In this document: positions 50,676 through 64,000 of the stretch, piece by piece
Position numbering within the stretch: the first letter of the stretch is position 1
Layout of the letters: every line of letters starts with the position of its first letter
NCBI GenBank assembly: GCA_043228905.1
Contig: JBHGNT010000001.1
Location: 2,728,001-2,792,000, forward strand
Direction: 5' to 3'
Length of the DNA stretch: 64,000 nucleotides
Origin: Azolla caroliniana
Taxonomy: Eukaryota > Plantae > Polypodiophyta
Program-made: the position numbers and the translations under genes
Notes under the pieces: model-generated
Databases searched by the model: none
What the model was told of the DNA's origin: nothing
The model's input: the letters and a program-made list of their open reading frames with translations, nothing else

Positions 50676-53600
50676 ATGGATTGGGGCAGCAGGGTCTCAC
50701 GACTAGTTTTGGCTAAATATGACGATCTACCTAAGAAAGGCAAACCACAGGGAACAGAATCAACAGTATTGGCAGCCTTCCTTTTTTCTTTCCTTGAAGA
50801 AGATGAAGAAGAAGAAGGTATGCATATATCCACCGGAAATAAATGATTTAAAAACAAAGTCATGAAACTTGGGATACTGTGACCATTAGAGGAAGTTCCA
50901 TAGGATTGCGATCTTCCATAAGTTCCTTAAAATTTCATTGATGATGTACTAAAAAATAGTAATATGATATTAGAGTCTGTTGCAAGATCCTACTTTCAAG
51001 GGTTAAAATTAGATTCTATGCTCATTTTCCCCTCTCAATCAAGAGACTAGATGGAGAATACAATAATTGTTTGTACTTTGAACCTATATCAAATTCTATC
51101 ACACAAGTACTTATTTTTTTCTATTTTGGAACCATATAAAAATTATCATGCATAAATGCATTCCGTTTCCGTTTAGAATCTATGTCAAATGTATTTCTTG
51201 AAAAAAAGTTCAATGTATTTCTAATGTACGCCATATTTTTGCAAAAATGCATTTCTTTGTATTTTGCAACTATATGGAATATTGCAGAAATGTTTCTTTT
51301 ATATTTTTCCGGCAAACAGTTTACAATTATATCTAGAATCTTTATTATTACATACAGAATGTATGTTTTAATCAAGTAATAATTATTTGGTATCACCAGA
51401 GGAAAAATCCATCTTCACAATTCTGTTTTGAGTTTAATTTATTTGATTATCATAAAAGAAATCTTCGTAATTTGACTATTTATGTGTAGAATTAGAGGTT
51501 GTTGCGATAGGAACAGGAACAAAATGTGTGGGACAGTCACGCATGAGCATTTTGGGAGATATTGTTAGTGATTCTCATGCTGAAATAGTTGCAAGACGAG
51601 CTCTAATAAGGTCTGTCTTTGAAATGCTGTAATTATTTTTCCTTATTTCAGTTGAAATGATGAGTATAATTTGAATTCGGATTTATGGTTATTATATTAC
51701 TCTAAAGTGGGACATTTCTAAGATTTTTTTATTTTTATTTTTATACAAAGACTTCCAATTTCGTCAGATAAGAATATGTTAATACCATATCTTACTAATG
51801 TCTTGCTTAGAAAGCTTTTAATGTTTTGAGAGGTAGATGGCTTGTTCTTTGTGCATCTCAGACCTTGCCTATATAGCTATTATTCATCCCAAAAAGTTCA
51901 CTTTCAATGAAGTTTGACTATTAACATATATTCAAAAGAAGAAATACTAGACAAAAAACTGTTAATAAATCCTGTAGGGCTCAAATGTGTTGGAAAAGAT
52001 GTGATATAGATATAATCTCATGCATGAAACTTAAATATTCTTGTGGTTTCTACTTCATATTGAGAATTCCAACCAGAAATCAAGATGTTAAAGTTACACA
52101 ATTTTAATTATTTTCATGATCAATTGCTAGAAATAACATGTGAAAAATTAAAATACTATTGTGGGTTTTTACTTTGTATTGAGATTTCGTGCCAAGAATC
52201 AAGGTGTTATAGATATACGTTTTGAATTATTTTCCTGGGCAACTGCTAGAAATATAAAAACGTTTGTAAGAGAAGTCAATTCATGCAATCGTAGTGTCTG
52301 GTTGATGGCCTCCAAAATGCTGTAGATAACAATACTTCAATTCATTTTAAGAGGGAGGAATATCTTGTTTGTTATTATTGTTAAAGAGAAATTGGAGTTT
52401 TAAATTCATATTCTGGTACTTTTTAGTAATTTCCATTTGTATTATAGATATATTTATTCTCAAATTGAGGCAATAATAAGACGCGAAAGTCAATTAAGAG
52501 TCCAATCAAATGATGCTGATATTCACAAGAACAAGGACGTCTTTGAGTGGGATCCAAAAATAAAAAAGGTAAAGCTTCGTTCAAATATACAACTACATCT
52601 ATACATCAGCCAACTGCCTTGTAAGTGCCTTCCTTATTTATGCAATTGTAAGAACTATTGATAGAAAATTGTTGGATGCTGAAATTTCCTTGTTTTCTTC
52701 TGGATTTATTGTGAGATTAAGGTGGAGATGCATGCATAATTCCATCTACTGATGTGGATAATATTCCATACTTCAAGGAAAATGGTTACTCGAGTGTTCA
52801 ATCACCTGCTGGAGGGGCAGTGAGAAGAAAACCTGGTCGTGGTGATGCCACACTTTCAATGAGCTGTAGTGACAAAATTGCTTTATGGAATCTCTTAGGC
52901 GTTCAAGGTTAGTTTATTGCATTCGAAACATCCATTTTCATTTAGAAGTAGACCTCTTTGCTAAGTTTCGTTTAAAAACATAGAATTTCAAGTATAAAAA
53001 CTTATCTGCAGTACATGAGTTAAAAGTTTACTGTTTCTGTTGCAATAAATACTAAGTCTGACCTCTATGCATGGTCATGATTTGAAGTTTACTGTTGCAA
53101 TAAATACCAAGCCGGACGCGTACAGGATTTAACTCCAATAAACCGGGAAAATATGTTAGTTTAAACTAAAGGTTTTGGGTTTATATGCCTTTTGTTATTA
53201 TTATAAGGTGTAGCATCACCTCTTTTTGGACAATAATGAATGCCTCATTTTTTCTTGAGATTTATAATGAACTCCAGTTTTGTAATGACATGAAATGTTG
53301 TGTCTGTAGGATCCCTTCTTTCTGGATTGTTATTGGAGCCATTATATCTTACTAGCATCATAGTTGGGATGAATAATTATCGTGTAGAGAGTGGATCAAT
53401 AATTGAATTCGATGAAGTTCTGCAGAGAAAGCAGTATCTTGATTCTTTACAAAGGTCTTTGTATGATCGCATATGTGATTTGTCGTCTCAATTGCAATCT
53501 CCATTCAGAGCCAACCAGGCAAGAATATCTTAAATTGATTCATTTATATTTGAATATATTTCGTAAAAATATGCCTTTCAGCCTTTCAGAAACAAGTCTC

Positions 53601-56600
53601 TTTTTATAATTAGGGAAATGCTGTATGAGTAGCTCGCAATGTTCCGTTATATATATATTTGTAAAAAGTACAAGTCTCAGTGCTTATTATTGTCAATAGG
53701 ATCGTTATATTATTAGTGAAGTGTTTTTTCTGTCATTCCCTTTAATTTTTCATTGGTTAAAAGGCCAGAGCCATTGTGATATTTATGCTGTTCTTGAAAA
53801 CATTGTTTAAAATTTTGATTTTCCAAAAGAAAATAGTGCTCCCACTTATATAACTGATTGAAAGTGGATGTGATGGCATTAATTTTTATGGAATATGGAT
53901 TCTGATGAATGGACTTCTGGTTTCTCCTTGGACAAAACAATCTGCTATGATTGTTGGAAGTTGAAATACTGTCACCATGAATGTTTATCTCTATTCCTTT
54001 TCATTTTTTTCAGACTCTCTTTATTTTTCATATTCTAAATTTGAACATCTTTCGTGGTATGAAAGTATGCATTTTAGATTTTCTCAATCTTTACATCTTT
54101 ATATTGTGTAAGGTCAATAAATTTGAGTGCTGTTTGAATGTTCATGTGTTATTTCTATATTTTGTGATTTTTTCCTTGTGCCGTACAATAATAATAATAA
54201 TAATATTCCGTCCTAAGTAATGGGAAAGTAGCTTTATTTTGAAAAAATAAATAAATAATAAAAAATCAGTAGGTTTCTTTATTGGGAGATGCAACTGTAT
54301 CTATCCCAATGTCTGAGAGAACCCATGTGGACTCCAATAATGAAGTGGTCTCATATAATACCATCTCATCTATTCAGCCCCAACTGTCAAATTCGTTATC
54401 ATCCAGTCTATTGAAATGAAGAGAAGGGGATGAAACTGTTGGTCAACCTCCCCAGATGATGATGGCAGGCAAATATCATACATTTCAATATCATTCTGTA
54501 ATCCAAGTTCCAATATATGGAATCTACTGAATATGTGCAGTGTCATTGGTAATCAAAATTCTATTCTTGGTGGAGGTTTAGCGAAAAAGTTGAATTTGTG
54601 CAACAAACATTCCTATGATGGCCCCTTGGGGTCAAGGCAACCACCCCATATCTAGCAAAGCTGTTGGAAACGGGAATAAGATCCATTGGACAAAAAATGT
54701 ATTGAACTAGTGACCTTTATCTAAGTGAAAGGACATTGATACATACCATTTACGAATCCAGGCCTGGGACTGTAGCAGCAAATAACAGAAGACAAACAAA
54801 ATCAAAATAGTTGGGCTTGCAACAGATGCAAATGGTTTAAGAAATGGACTGTGTACACACTCATATAGGAGGATATGCCCAAGACAAGCATTGAATCACG
54901 TAGGCATACTTGCACTCATTGAACCCAAGATGTTGTCATCTCCATGGCATTTAAAGAGAGACATACGATCACCTGACAATGATTATGTATTTTTCTCCTT
55001 CAGAGGCTAGTGACATGACCAGACCTATGGGATTATCAAAGCACAATAGTCTACTCTGGTGATGAAGCCATTTGGCTTATTTGTTTTTCTTAAGGTAGCT
55101 TTTTTCACAAGTAGGGAAGTATATATATATATCCCCTATAGGGGGTGGCTCTCTCCACTTCAGAGAAGCTGTTTGAGGTTGGTGCACACCAAAGTATGAG
55201 GTGCTCCTCATTCAATCCCTTGGTTGGGGAAAAATGTTCAGATGAAGCCTGGTCTACTCACTCTCCATGGTCCATCCTCAATATCAAAATCATGTTTGCA
55301 GATGTGAAGGAACTTATATTATCATCTTCAGATCATTGTATCTTGTGTTCCACTTTCTGCTCAATTACCATTATGGGCACAATGGAGACCATTGGTGCAC
55401 CAACCTTTATGATACCCTTTGTTATGAGTATGCAAAACATTGGTAGAAGATGTGTTTCTAGCACACAATTTCAGTCTCTTTAAGAATCTATCAAACATAT
55501 AGCATGATTGTTATTTTGTGTGTAAAACAAGATTTATAGTAGTAGCAAAGAACCCAAAAATCAAAGTTAGATGGCTGTAAACGTAACTGATATTATTCAC
55601 TAAAAAACTTTACAAGTATTTCCTAGAGAGAAAATTTCCAAAAATAAAATGGATTCCGAGCGTTGATGAAATACGGAAATGGTGTTAGAATTCGATTTCT
55701 TGTTTTTGAATTTTTTTGGCAGCCAAGATTTTACATTGGGTCGTATCCACCAAAAGAATTTCATATGCATGTGGAAGACTCAAAGCATCCTGCTTGTGGG
55801 TAGTGTGCAAATTTCTGTCCAAAAGTTGAAGTAATATATTTTGCATATAATTATTTTCCTGGGGATCTAGAACAAATCTAGTTCTTTTTTTCTTTTTATA
55901 CTACTTGATATTGGTCCAGGTACTCCATAATCTGGAATTCTATTTCCTTCCATGAAGTTATTCTTGGGACAACTGGTAGAAAGCAAGGAACATCGATGAA
56001 GGGTTCAGTATCTCCTGCTACACAATCATCCATTTCTAGGTAATACCCTCAAAACCCACAACAAGGGAAAAATATGAAAAAAAAAGATTAGTTCAACAAA
56101 AAGAGTTTTTCTGGCTAATAATTTATCTTTTAAATAAAAACTGTTTTGTTAGTTAATGCGTTCCTCTTCCAAGAGAAAACCAGTCCTTTATTCAGTACTT
56201 TCCTCTTCCAAAGCAACATCTTTTCCTTGTCACTATTTTACTGGTCCAAGTGAAAAGGGCTTTTCTAGTTAAATTGTTTTCGATAGATATGGGATTATAT
56301 TTTCTAGAAAAATTCATACAATGCAACAGAATATTGATCATGCATACTTTCTAGGCTTACAATTTTGATACAATTAAGAGTGTGGTATGGTGACAGGCAA
56401 GCATTTTTAAGAACATATATTTCTCTTCAAACTCGTTTATCCCCCAACTTGGACTTGAGACACGTTTCATATAAAACGATAAAGGTGACTTTTCTTTATC
56501 CTTTATGTTAATTTGGAGGAACTTGTTTTGTTTTTTAACCTCTATCTGCTTTCTTTAGTTTCTAACTTTTATTTGCTTTCTTCAAGGAGACATCTGAATC

Positions 56601-56706
56601 TTATATGAGAACCAAGAAGGAAATTTTTAGCTGTCCGCCCTTCTCACATTGGTTCAGAAAGCCTCCTCAATTTCAAGAATTCAACCTCTTTAGTTGTGTA
56701 AAATAA
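50676..56706 (+). CDS. TAD1: tRNA-specific adenosine deaminase TAD1/ADAT1 (A_deamin), 9 exons, ~411 aa
   Basis: Exons 50676-50817, 51490-51610, 52448-52620, 52722-52907, 53310-53518, 55723-55799, 55920-56039, 56397-56484, 56587-56706 (1236 nt, in phase; intron 5 is GC-AG). Motifs [63 protein letters not shown]. Confidence 0.95.
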
Positions 56707-58404
56707 AAATGTTCAGTTATTAGGCTTCATAGAAAGAGCAAAAGCTGATTGTGAATCAATTATATTTTATCAATTGGCAAAAAACAATAATTTACTTTTA
56801 CAATTAACCTTCATGGAGAGAAAAAACTGTTGTGGTGGTGTCACACTTGCGAATCACAGGTAATATAAGTGCAGTAATTGTGGTTTGAGTAATTGTGAGG
56901 ATCTGTGGTAACTCAACCCCATCTTACTAGGAATCAATCCTAATGCAAACATTTAGAACCTTTTCTTAGACTTGGTGGATGGAATTAGTTTTCAAGGGTT
57001 CTACAATGGATCTTCAATTTCACTTCTCAACTAAAATGCATGGGTTTCTTGCAAACCTCTTGGATGGAGGTCTTTGTCACATTTGACATTTGGTAGTGTT
57101 GAAGAGCAACTCGTTTTCGTCTCGCTTTACAAGACCGTTTTGAACAGCTTACAGTAATAGTCTCTTATCTAGATGCAATGCCAACTATCCAAACATTGTT
57201 CTACATATAAATCTAAGCTTATGTTTTGCAACTTTATGGTTCATCAAGTCTCCCATAGTTTATAAAAGAATTTCAAACTATGCCCATAAAAGTATGTGTT
57301 TACAACTGTAGGATTTTGTGATGTAGTATACTCTTGATTTGATCTTTGGCAAACTTAAGCAGTTTGACTTCACTGCTTTTGTGGAGATTTATCTTGGCCG
57401 AGTTGCTCCTTCACATGGATGGTGCAAAGTCAAGATCTGGAATTTGAGTGGCATCACCACATTGAGGCCAAACACAATTGCGATGGACTTGTTTGAAAGC
57501 TCGTCTGGTATGCCCATGGTGCAGAATGGAGCTTTTTGGTCCTAGTTGGTGCGGTTTTTGTTGATTATCTTTTTCCAGATGTGCTGAAGTGTCTTGTTTG
57601 TTACTTTGCCAAGCTATGAGCTTGGGTTAGTAGGCGATGCCTCACTTACCACAACATGATGTTCACTGAGGTTCTTGATGAGCTAGCTGATGAAGTGGGT
57701 GACCCTGTTTTTGGAACGGATTGAAGGATAAGATCAGATTATGCATCCAAACCCCATTTTATAAATGGTTCAAAGGATAAGATCAGATTATGTGACACTG
57801 AAGCCATGGTTTGTAGTAGACCATGGTCCAAGAAAAATTGGATATTGTAACCAATCGTTTGGGTCACCCTTGGAACATCAGGGTTCATCATTCACTCTAG
57901 TTTGTAGCATTACAACGTTGAGAAAGTAATTAGTGGCAGATGTGGGTCTTTGCCCCACTCCAGTCATGACAAATACTCAGCTATTGAATGTTGCGTGTTG
58001 GGATGATGAAAAATGAGAAACTAGAAATCTTGGAGCAACATCATTGGATGAGCTAGTATACTCACTAAAGCAGCTTTGGCCACCAAATAGAGAAGCGTAG
58101 AGTGATCAATGTCAAAAGAAATTTTCTACGCTAACAAGTAGTGACAAATTTTGGTTATGTTGTAGGTCATCCCTAGAGCATCATGTTTTTCTTTGGACAA
58201 TGTTGAGTTGGTGTAGTAGACCACTCATATCATTTCACATCATACAATTGCATTAACATGTTGCTGGTTGCAGAGTTGAAGGTGTTGACAAAGACATGAA
58301 AGTTTGGACCTGTTGTGTGTCACTAGATGTTGCGTTTACTGTTACAAATTATGCAACATTAAGTGTCACAAAAAAGATGACACTAAACATCGTATTTAGC
58401 ATCA

Positions 58405-58460
<56 letters not shown>

Positions 58461-61400
58461 ATTGCAATTACAAGACGAGGCAACATAATTCATGAAGCTG
58501 TGGAATTTTAAGCAAGTGCTCTCATATGTTTTGTGCCACATAAATGGGTTTTAGTATGTGGTCAAGGGAGTTGGTTATGTTGTTATGAGAAATAAGTCAT
58601 GGTTCAAGCATCAACATTTTTTAGTACATAACTTGTGACACAGGTATTATTGGCTAAAAATTCAAGAGAGTAAGATTCAAGAACATGAATAATGACTTTC
58701 ATTCACAATATAATTTCAATCTTTCAACATGTGAATTGTGATATAAGGTATTAAGGTTGTGGAAGAACTTGAGCATGAATAACTAGTGATATTGGCAACT
58801 TAAGAATATTCAATCACGAGATCTTGGACCACATAATGTAGTATCAAACACATATCTTCAACAAAATGAGAATAGATTTTAAAACTTGACATCAATTGTT
58901 CTTGTCCTCAAAAATAATATGACTCACCCTTTTGGCACTCTAAAGAATATGTAGATATTGTCCCAACATGTGTATATGTGAGAATAGGTAGCTATGACAA
59001 ATCATGAATGCTCTAGGTTTGTATTCTACCCACATCTCTTGACAATACAATGTGAAGTAGGCATCATTGCTTATGTCATTATTGTTGATGTTATTCATTT
59101 TATCATTACATGTTTAATCAATGTTCATGTCATTAAGTATGAAACATTCTAGCATGAATAACATTCTTCTTTAACATCAATGAACATAGGGTGAGAAGTA
59201 GGTGCAATTGGAAAGATTGAGAATCAAGGATCCGATAATATAGATCTATTATCCAATTTATGTCTTGATACAAGTTCTCTCCTATCACGTGTCAAAGTCT
59301 TGTATCCATATCCATTTTGCATTCTTTGGATAGTCTATTGGTAAGTTCACAAGGTACGAATTTGCTAATAATCACATCTGCAATAATAATTCTTATTTGG
59401 TTGCTAAAATTGCTTTACCTATGCTTTGTTGAACCTAAATTCAATCCTACTTTACCCAAACATTTGCACATATAGGCTTATAATCATTTTTGTCTAACAA
59501 TTTTATCTTGAAACCCTCAAAAGACATCCAACCTTCATGCAAACCGTTAATTCACACCGAAAGTCTAAATACCTCCTAACGACTCTTGTCATGGTGAGTT
59601 TGACGTACTTACATATTGTTAGAGCAGCTATACCATTGTGAAATAATGTCAAAAACCACATTAACTACATTAAATGACAAACTCTTGATTTCGTGGAATA
59701 TATATTATCAACTTGTGTCTCTTCCTTTTTGTTTCTCTTTGTCCACGTCTCGATCTTACCTTTCTCTTTCCATATAAGTAAGGACACATTCAAGACCAAA
59801 CTCTATTCGATGATATAATAGATAGTGATGAATGTTTGATTCCTTGCAAGCAATCAATTTTTTGGGTTCTAGGAAAAGTTTATTTATTCTATTAACTTTA
59901 TAAATAAAAGCTTGTTTCTAGCTAGTATTTGAAATAAATAGAGAGCTTTTTCTAATAAATAATAATTATCCCTATATTTGAAATTTCCATGCAAGCAAAA
60001 CAAAACTTTTTACAACACTATACACATCAAATAAAGTGCATATTTCAGTCATGGGCAGCACATGCAATGTGCAAACTTAGATTTTCTGTCACAATTTTCA
60101 TCTTGTCTAGTAGCAATATCAAACCATTGGCATGCATGTATTCGTGACAATGTTGAAATAAGCACAAGCATAATCCTACTAACAAATAGGTTATCATTAT
60201 AATAGCTTCATCAAGTGCATTCATGTCATGTTTTCTATCAATGGAATAGAAGTTGGAAATGATGTAGATGTTTGCATAATGTGCATTGCCTTTCAACCCA
60301 TACTTGATCTAAAGAGAATGTTGATGTATCACACAATTGTAACCTAAAAGAGGCAGAATTTTGTTGCCAGAACTAGGTGAGTACGGTTTCCTAGATACAC
60401 AGACAATCTTATTTGGAATAACCCTTACAAATTGGGGAATGATTTGTGCATTAACCAATATCAATCTATAAATTTTTAAGGAATCTTTAAAGCCAAGAAT
60501 GTAATAATTTGGGAGTCGTGACAAGGTTGGGTTTGTTGTCCCCAACATCACTAGCATGAGTTCCTTAGTGTCACTTGGAAGTTGGGAGTCACGCGGATAC
60601 TTACACACCTCCTAACTTTATCTAGCTAAGGATGGTAGGAAATTCGCACCTGCATTTTTTTAATGGTGAATTTAATATAACAAAAAATATCAACATGACA
60701 TATACACTATAAAACGTGTCACATCAAGCTTGAGTATAATTAGTTGCCTAAAGTTTGCTAGAAGTCCAAGACTTTTTAGGGATATCTATTGCTTTAGAAT
60801 ATCAAATTTGAGTACACAATTTGAACCTCACCTAAGTAAGCTTTCAAGTGGGGCCTAATGAAAATTTATGGTTATTTTCTCAACTGAAACAAAATTAGTT
60901 TGAATTGTAGTGCAAATGCTAAAGCAAATAACTCTAGCCAACAATATTTATAGCCCAACCTTCATGGTTAGTAAAAAATGTAAGACATTCCTAAATATTG
61001 TTGCCGTTTTTTTTAATCAAAATTGGAGACATAGGTGTTTCGGTTATCACGTCCATGCAAAGAGGAATGCAAGAAAAAGGGTTTATGTTACTAACTAAAT
61101 TAAAACAAGTTAAAGGTTAGTTTTTCTTGCACAATCACAAGCAACCAAGGAAGTTGAAGTCGTAAATTAGTGTTTGAGCAATGGTATTGTCATTCATGAG
61201 AAGCGAGTTGATTTCTTTTATTACAAAGTACCCATTCACATCAAGATAGAGGAAGAAGAGAAATAGTGTTGGTGCATCCATTCATCTCAAATTCAACAAA
61301 CATATACAGATTATTGATGGCTACAGGTAACGGAAGACCAAATATGATCTATGGGATGGGACCAACCCCATGGCTAGGATAGTGTTTGGGTTCTCTCATA

Positions 61401-62300
61401 GTTATGACATGGAGAGGGGAGGGAGGAGGGTTTGAGAGAGAGAGAGAGAATGATGTTGAATAAAACACATGTGGTTCATGCCATTGTCTAGGGTACCCCT
61501 ACAAGCTAGAGGTGTAATTTTGTATATTGATTCTTTCTGGGGGCATTCGGGAACATAATACAAACAAACAACATTTGGGGAAAACATAGAAAAATTGAGG
61601 AAGATTCCAAAGATTTCTAGTATAATATATTCGTCGTTGCTGGATAAATTGGGTCACAAGTTTTCTTGGAGTGTAAAATCAAACACATTGACTGAACAAA
61701 GTGTGCAACGAAACCAATATGAGAAAATGATGTTTGCTAAGAGTAAACGGATCGAAATCGGGAACTACCATGGTTTAAAGAACGCAAAAGAGACACAGAT
61801 TGATGTGATGAAGGAACATCCTCACCATCCGACATAAAAATCCAAACGTTTCTCTACAAAGGGAAAAGTATGTAGTAGTTGAGGCGAGCTACGATAGAGA
61901 GACAAAATCTAAGGCAAAGTTGGGGGGGGCGGGGGCGAGGGGGAAGATGCCCTAAAGTAAGTAGAGATGCGGGATTGAGTAGCAATCTTGATTGGAAGCA
62001 AGTTTGGGATGGGGTGCTTGGATTCTAATAATAATGTGTGGTTGAGTTATATTGCTTAGTATATAGGGCAATAAAGATTACATTTGATTTGATGAGGAAG
62101 GGCAACTGGGAGAATAGGGAAAAGTTTTTGGTGGGAGGGGTATATCGGGAAATTTGAGAGAAAGTCTGGGGAGGAAGGGCCCAGGGGGGAGACTCTTGGT
62201 GTGGGGGGCTATAAACATAATTAGCATAAAAAGTGGAAGGAAGTAAGGGGCGTTTCACGCGGCGGAATAATAAAAGGGGCAAAAATAAGAGACCAAAGCA

Positions 62301-62346
<46 letters not shown>

Positions 62347-62504
62347 CAGACAAACAGACAGAGAAACAGACATACAGACTGAGTGACACTACAGCCTTTC
62401 TTCTTCTTCTTCTTCTTCTTCTTCTTCTTCTTCTTTTCCTGCATACTACTTACTTACTGCTTTGGCGGATCAAGTAGGCGCAAGAATCTCTGAGCAAAAC
62501 TGTC

Positions 62505-62892
62505 ATGGCGACCTCGTCTTCGTCCAGCAGCTTCCACACACCGAGAGCCTACTGCCACGCCCTCTGGAGAACTCCCCATCGCCTGGCCTCACGCTCCCTC
62601 GCCATCGCCACGCCAGAAGCCGAGCTCACGCAACTCAGAGCTCGATCAGGCACTGAGATGCAGAGAAAGCTTCGATGGTATGACATAATGGGGCTCGGCG
62701 TGGGAGGGATGCTGGGTGCAGGAGTCTTCGTGGCCACTGGAAGAGCTGCGCGTTTCCTCTCCGGACCCTCCATCGTCGCTTCTTACGCCATCGCTGGTCT
62801 TTCCGCCTTGCTCTCTGCTCTCTGCTACTCTGAATTCGCTGTCCTCCTTCCGGTTGCAGGTGGCGCCTTCAGTTACCTCCGCATCACATTCG
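62505..62892 (+). CDS. CAT: Cationic amino acid transporter (APC family, CAT6/7-like), first exon; gene continues past the window
   Basis: M...EMQRKLRWYDIMGLGVGGMLGAGVFVATGRAA..SGPSIVASYAIAGLSALLSALCYSEFAV.LPVAGGAFSYLRITF, then donor G|GTATAT at 62893. Preceded by (GA)n and (CTT)n tracts. Confidence 0.93.
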
Positions 62893-64000
62893 GTATATAA
62901 ACATATAACGTTTATTATATCTCTGCAATATATATATATATATATATATTCCTTCATATCAACTGCAAAGTAGATTTCTTCAATGTATCTATATTTATAT
63001 CCATATCTATATCGCTCTATATCCATATCCATATCTGACTACTTATCTGTGCGTGTCTGTAGGTGTGTAAATCTATTGGTTTACTATCGCTGTACAGATT
63101 ACTTCATTTCTTTACTTCATGAATATTTGTGTCAGGTGCAAAATACATCTCACCGTTTCTTCATTTCAACTTCAGATCAGCTGCAAATTAGATTTACCTA
63201 CAAAGCAGATTTCTTCGTTTCGGATCGTTGTCTTTGCTTCATGACATTTTTTATTACCTACAAAATTAATTTCTCTATTTCAGACGCCTCATGACTATTT
63301 TTATTAGCTGAGCTGATTGTTGTCACAGATGGAGTCGTCCTTTCTTGTTTCCTTTGCTTCAATTTTATCCTTAGATGAGGTCTTATAGCACGTTACCTCC
63401 AATTTCCTCCATAGTCATGGCTACAGAAAGAGATTTCTCAAGGTTATCTGTAAAACTATTCATTTCATATTACCTTAACTATTCCACGAGCTTAATCGCC
63501 TTATTACATGCAAAGTGAGCTGTCGTAGGTTAATTCTATTCATTGACCTCACATACTATTAATTATATCTCTAGTAATATCTCTCCTTGAATCCGAGCCG
63601 CAAAATGAGGTCCTTTAATACCACCCCAAATCGCTGCCGCCATAGCCATGGCCATATATTTGTTATACGTGATTATTGTAGTAATTTTACATGCACAGAT
63701 TTTCTCTTGATGAACATACTATGTAATTGTAAATTTCTAAGTCTTTTTCTGTACTTTCGATCTTCTTCTATTACAGCATCCGATTTTATTTTGCCTCCTT
63801 TCATTATCCTTCATCAGATTATATATTTATCATGTTCTGGAAAGATACATAGTTTTGTGTATTTCTACCCCTTCCGCAGGCGGAGCTTTCACTCATACAT
63901 TGATTTCTATATTGGGAATCATTGAATATTTTGTCAATTCACTCCATATAATTCTTCCATTGTCCAATTACCGAATTTATAGTGTCGAACAAAACTGGTA

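Larger units (their letters stand above)
43834..61532 (+). repeat. Segmental tandem duplication, unit 2
   Basis: Begins acactct[a/g]tgtgtttgattgagag as at 26757 and ends ...tatattgatt as at 43265. Confidence 0.95.

Overview
AT-rich, intron-containing land-plant nuclear DNA. A fern or other seed-free plant is my guess from the PPR relic style, microsatellite load and gene divergence; this is not established. Spliced gene models that stay in frame: SOSEKI/DUF966 DIX-like polarity protein (+, 6.7-9.1 kb), group-6-type remorin (-, 12.3-14.7 kb), TBL/PC-esterase O-acetyltransferase (-, 22.7-25.3 kb), tRNA adenosine-37 deaminase TAD1/ADAT1 (+, 50.7-56.7 kb) and the first exon of a cationic amino acid transporter (+, 62.5 kb). 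About 26.8-61.5 kb is a ~17-kb tandem duplication with a truncated hAT-type element at the junction. Each unit carries a ~600-aa P-loop GTPase with C-terminal hydrophobic helices, head-to-head with TAD1. The GTPase motifs resemble fungal/bacterial MMR_HSR1(+DUF697-like) proteins rather than any standard plant GTPase. Both GTPase copies are intact, with only synonymous changes seen in the G domain, whereas the first TAD1 copy and an extra TBL fragment are pseudogenes. This duplicated, selected, possibly horizontally acquired membrane GTPase is the most interesting item. Also present: a 5'-truncated LINE with an 18-bp TSD, hAT/MITE elements, Copia relics, a solo-LTR-like element, a PPR relic and minisatellites.
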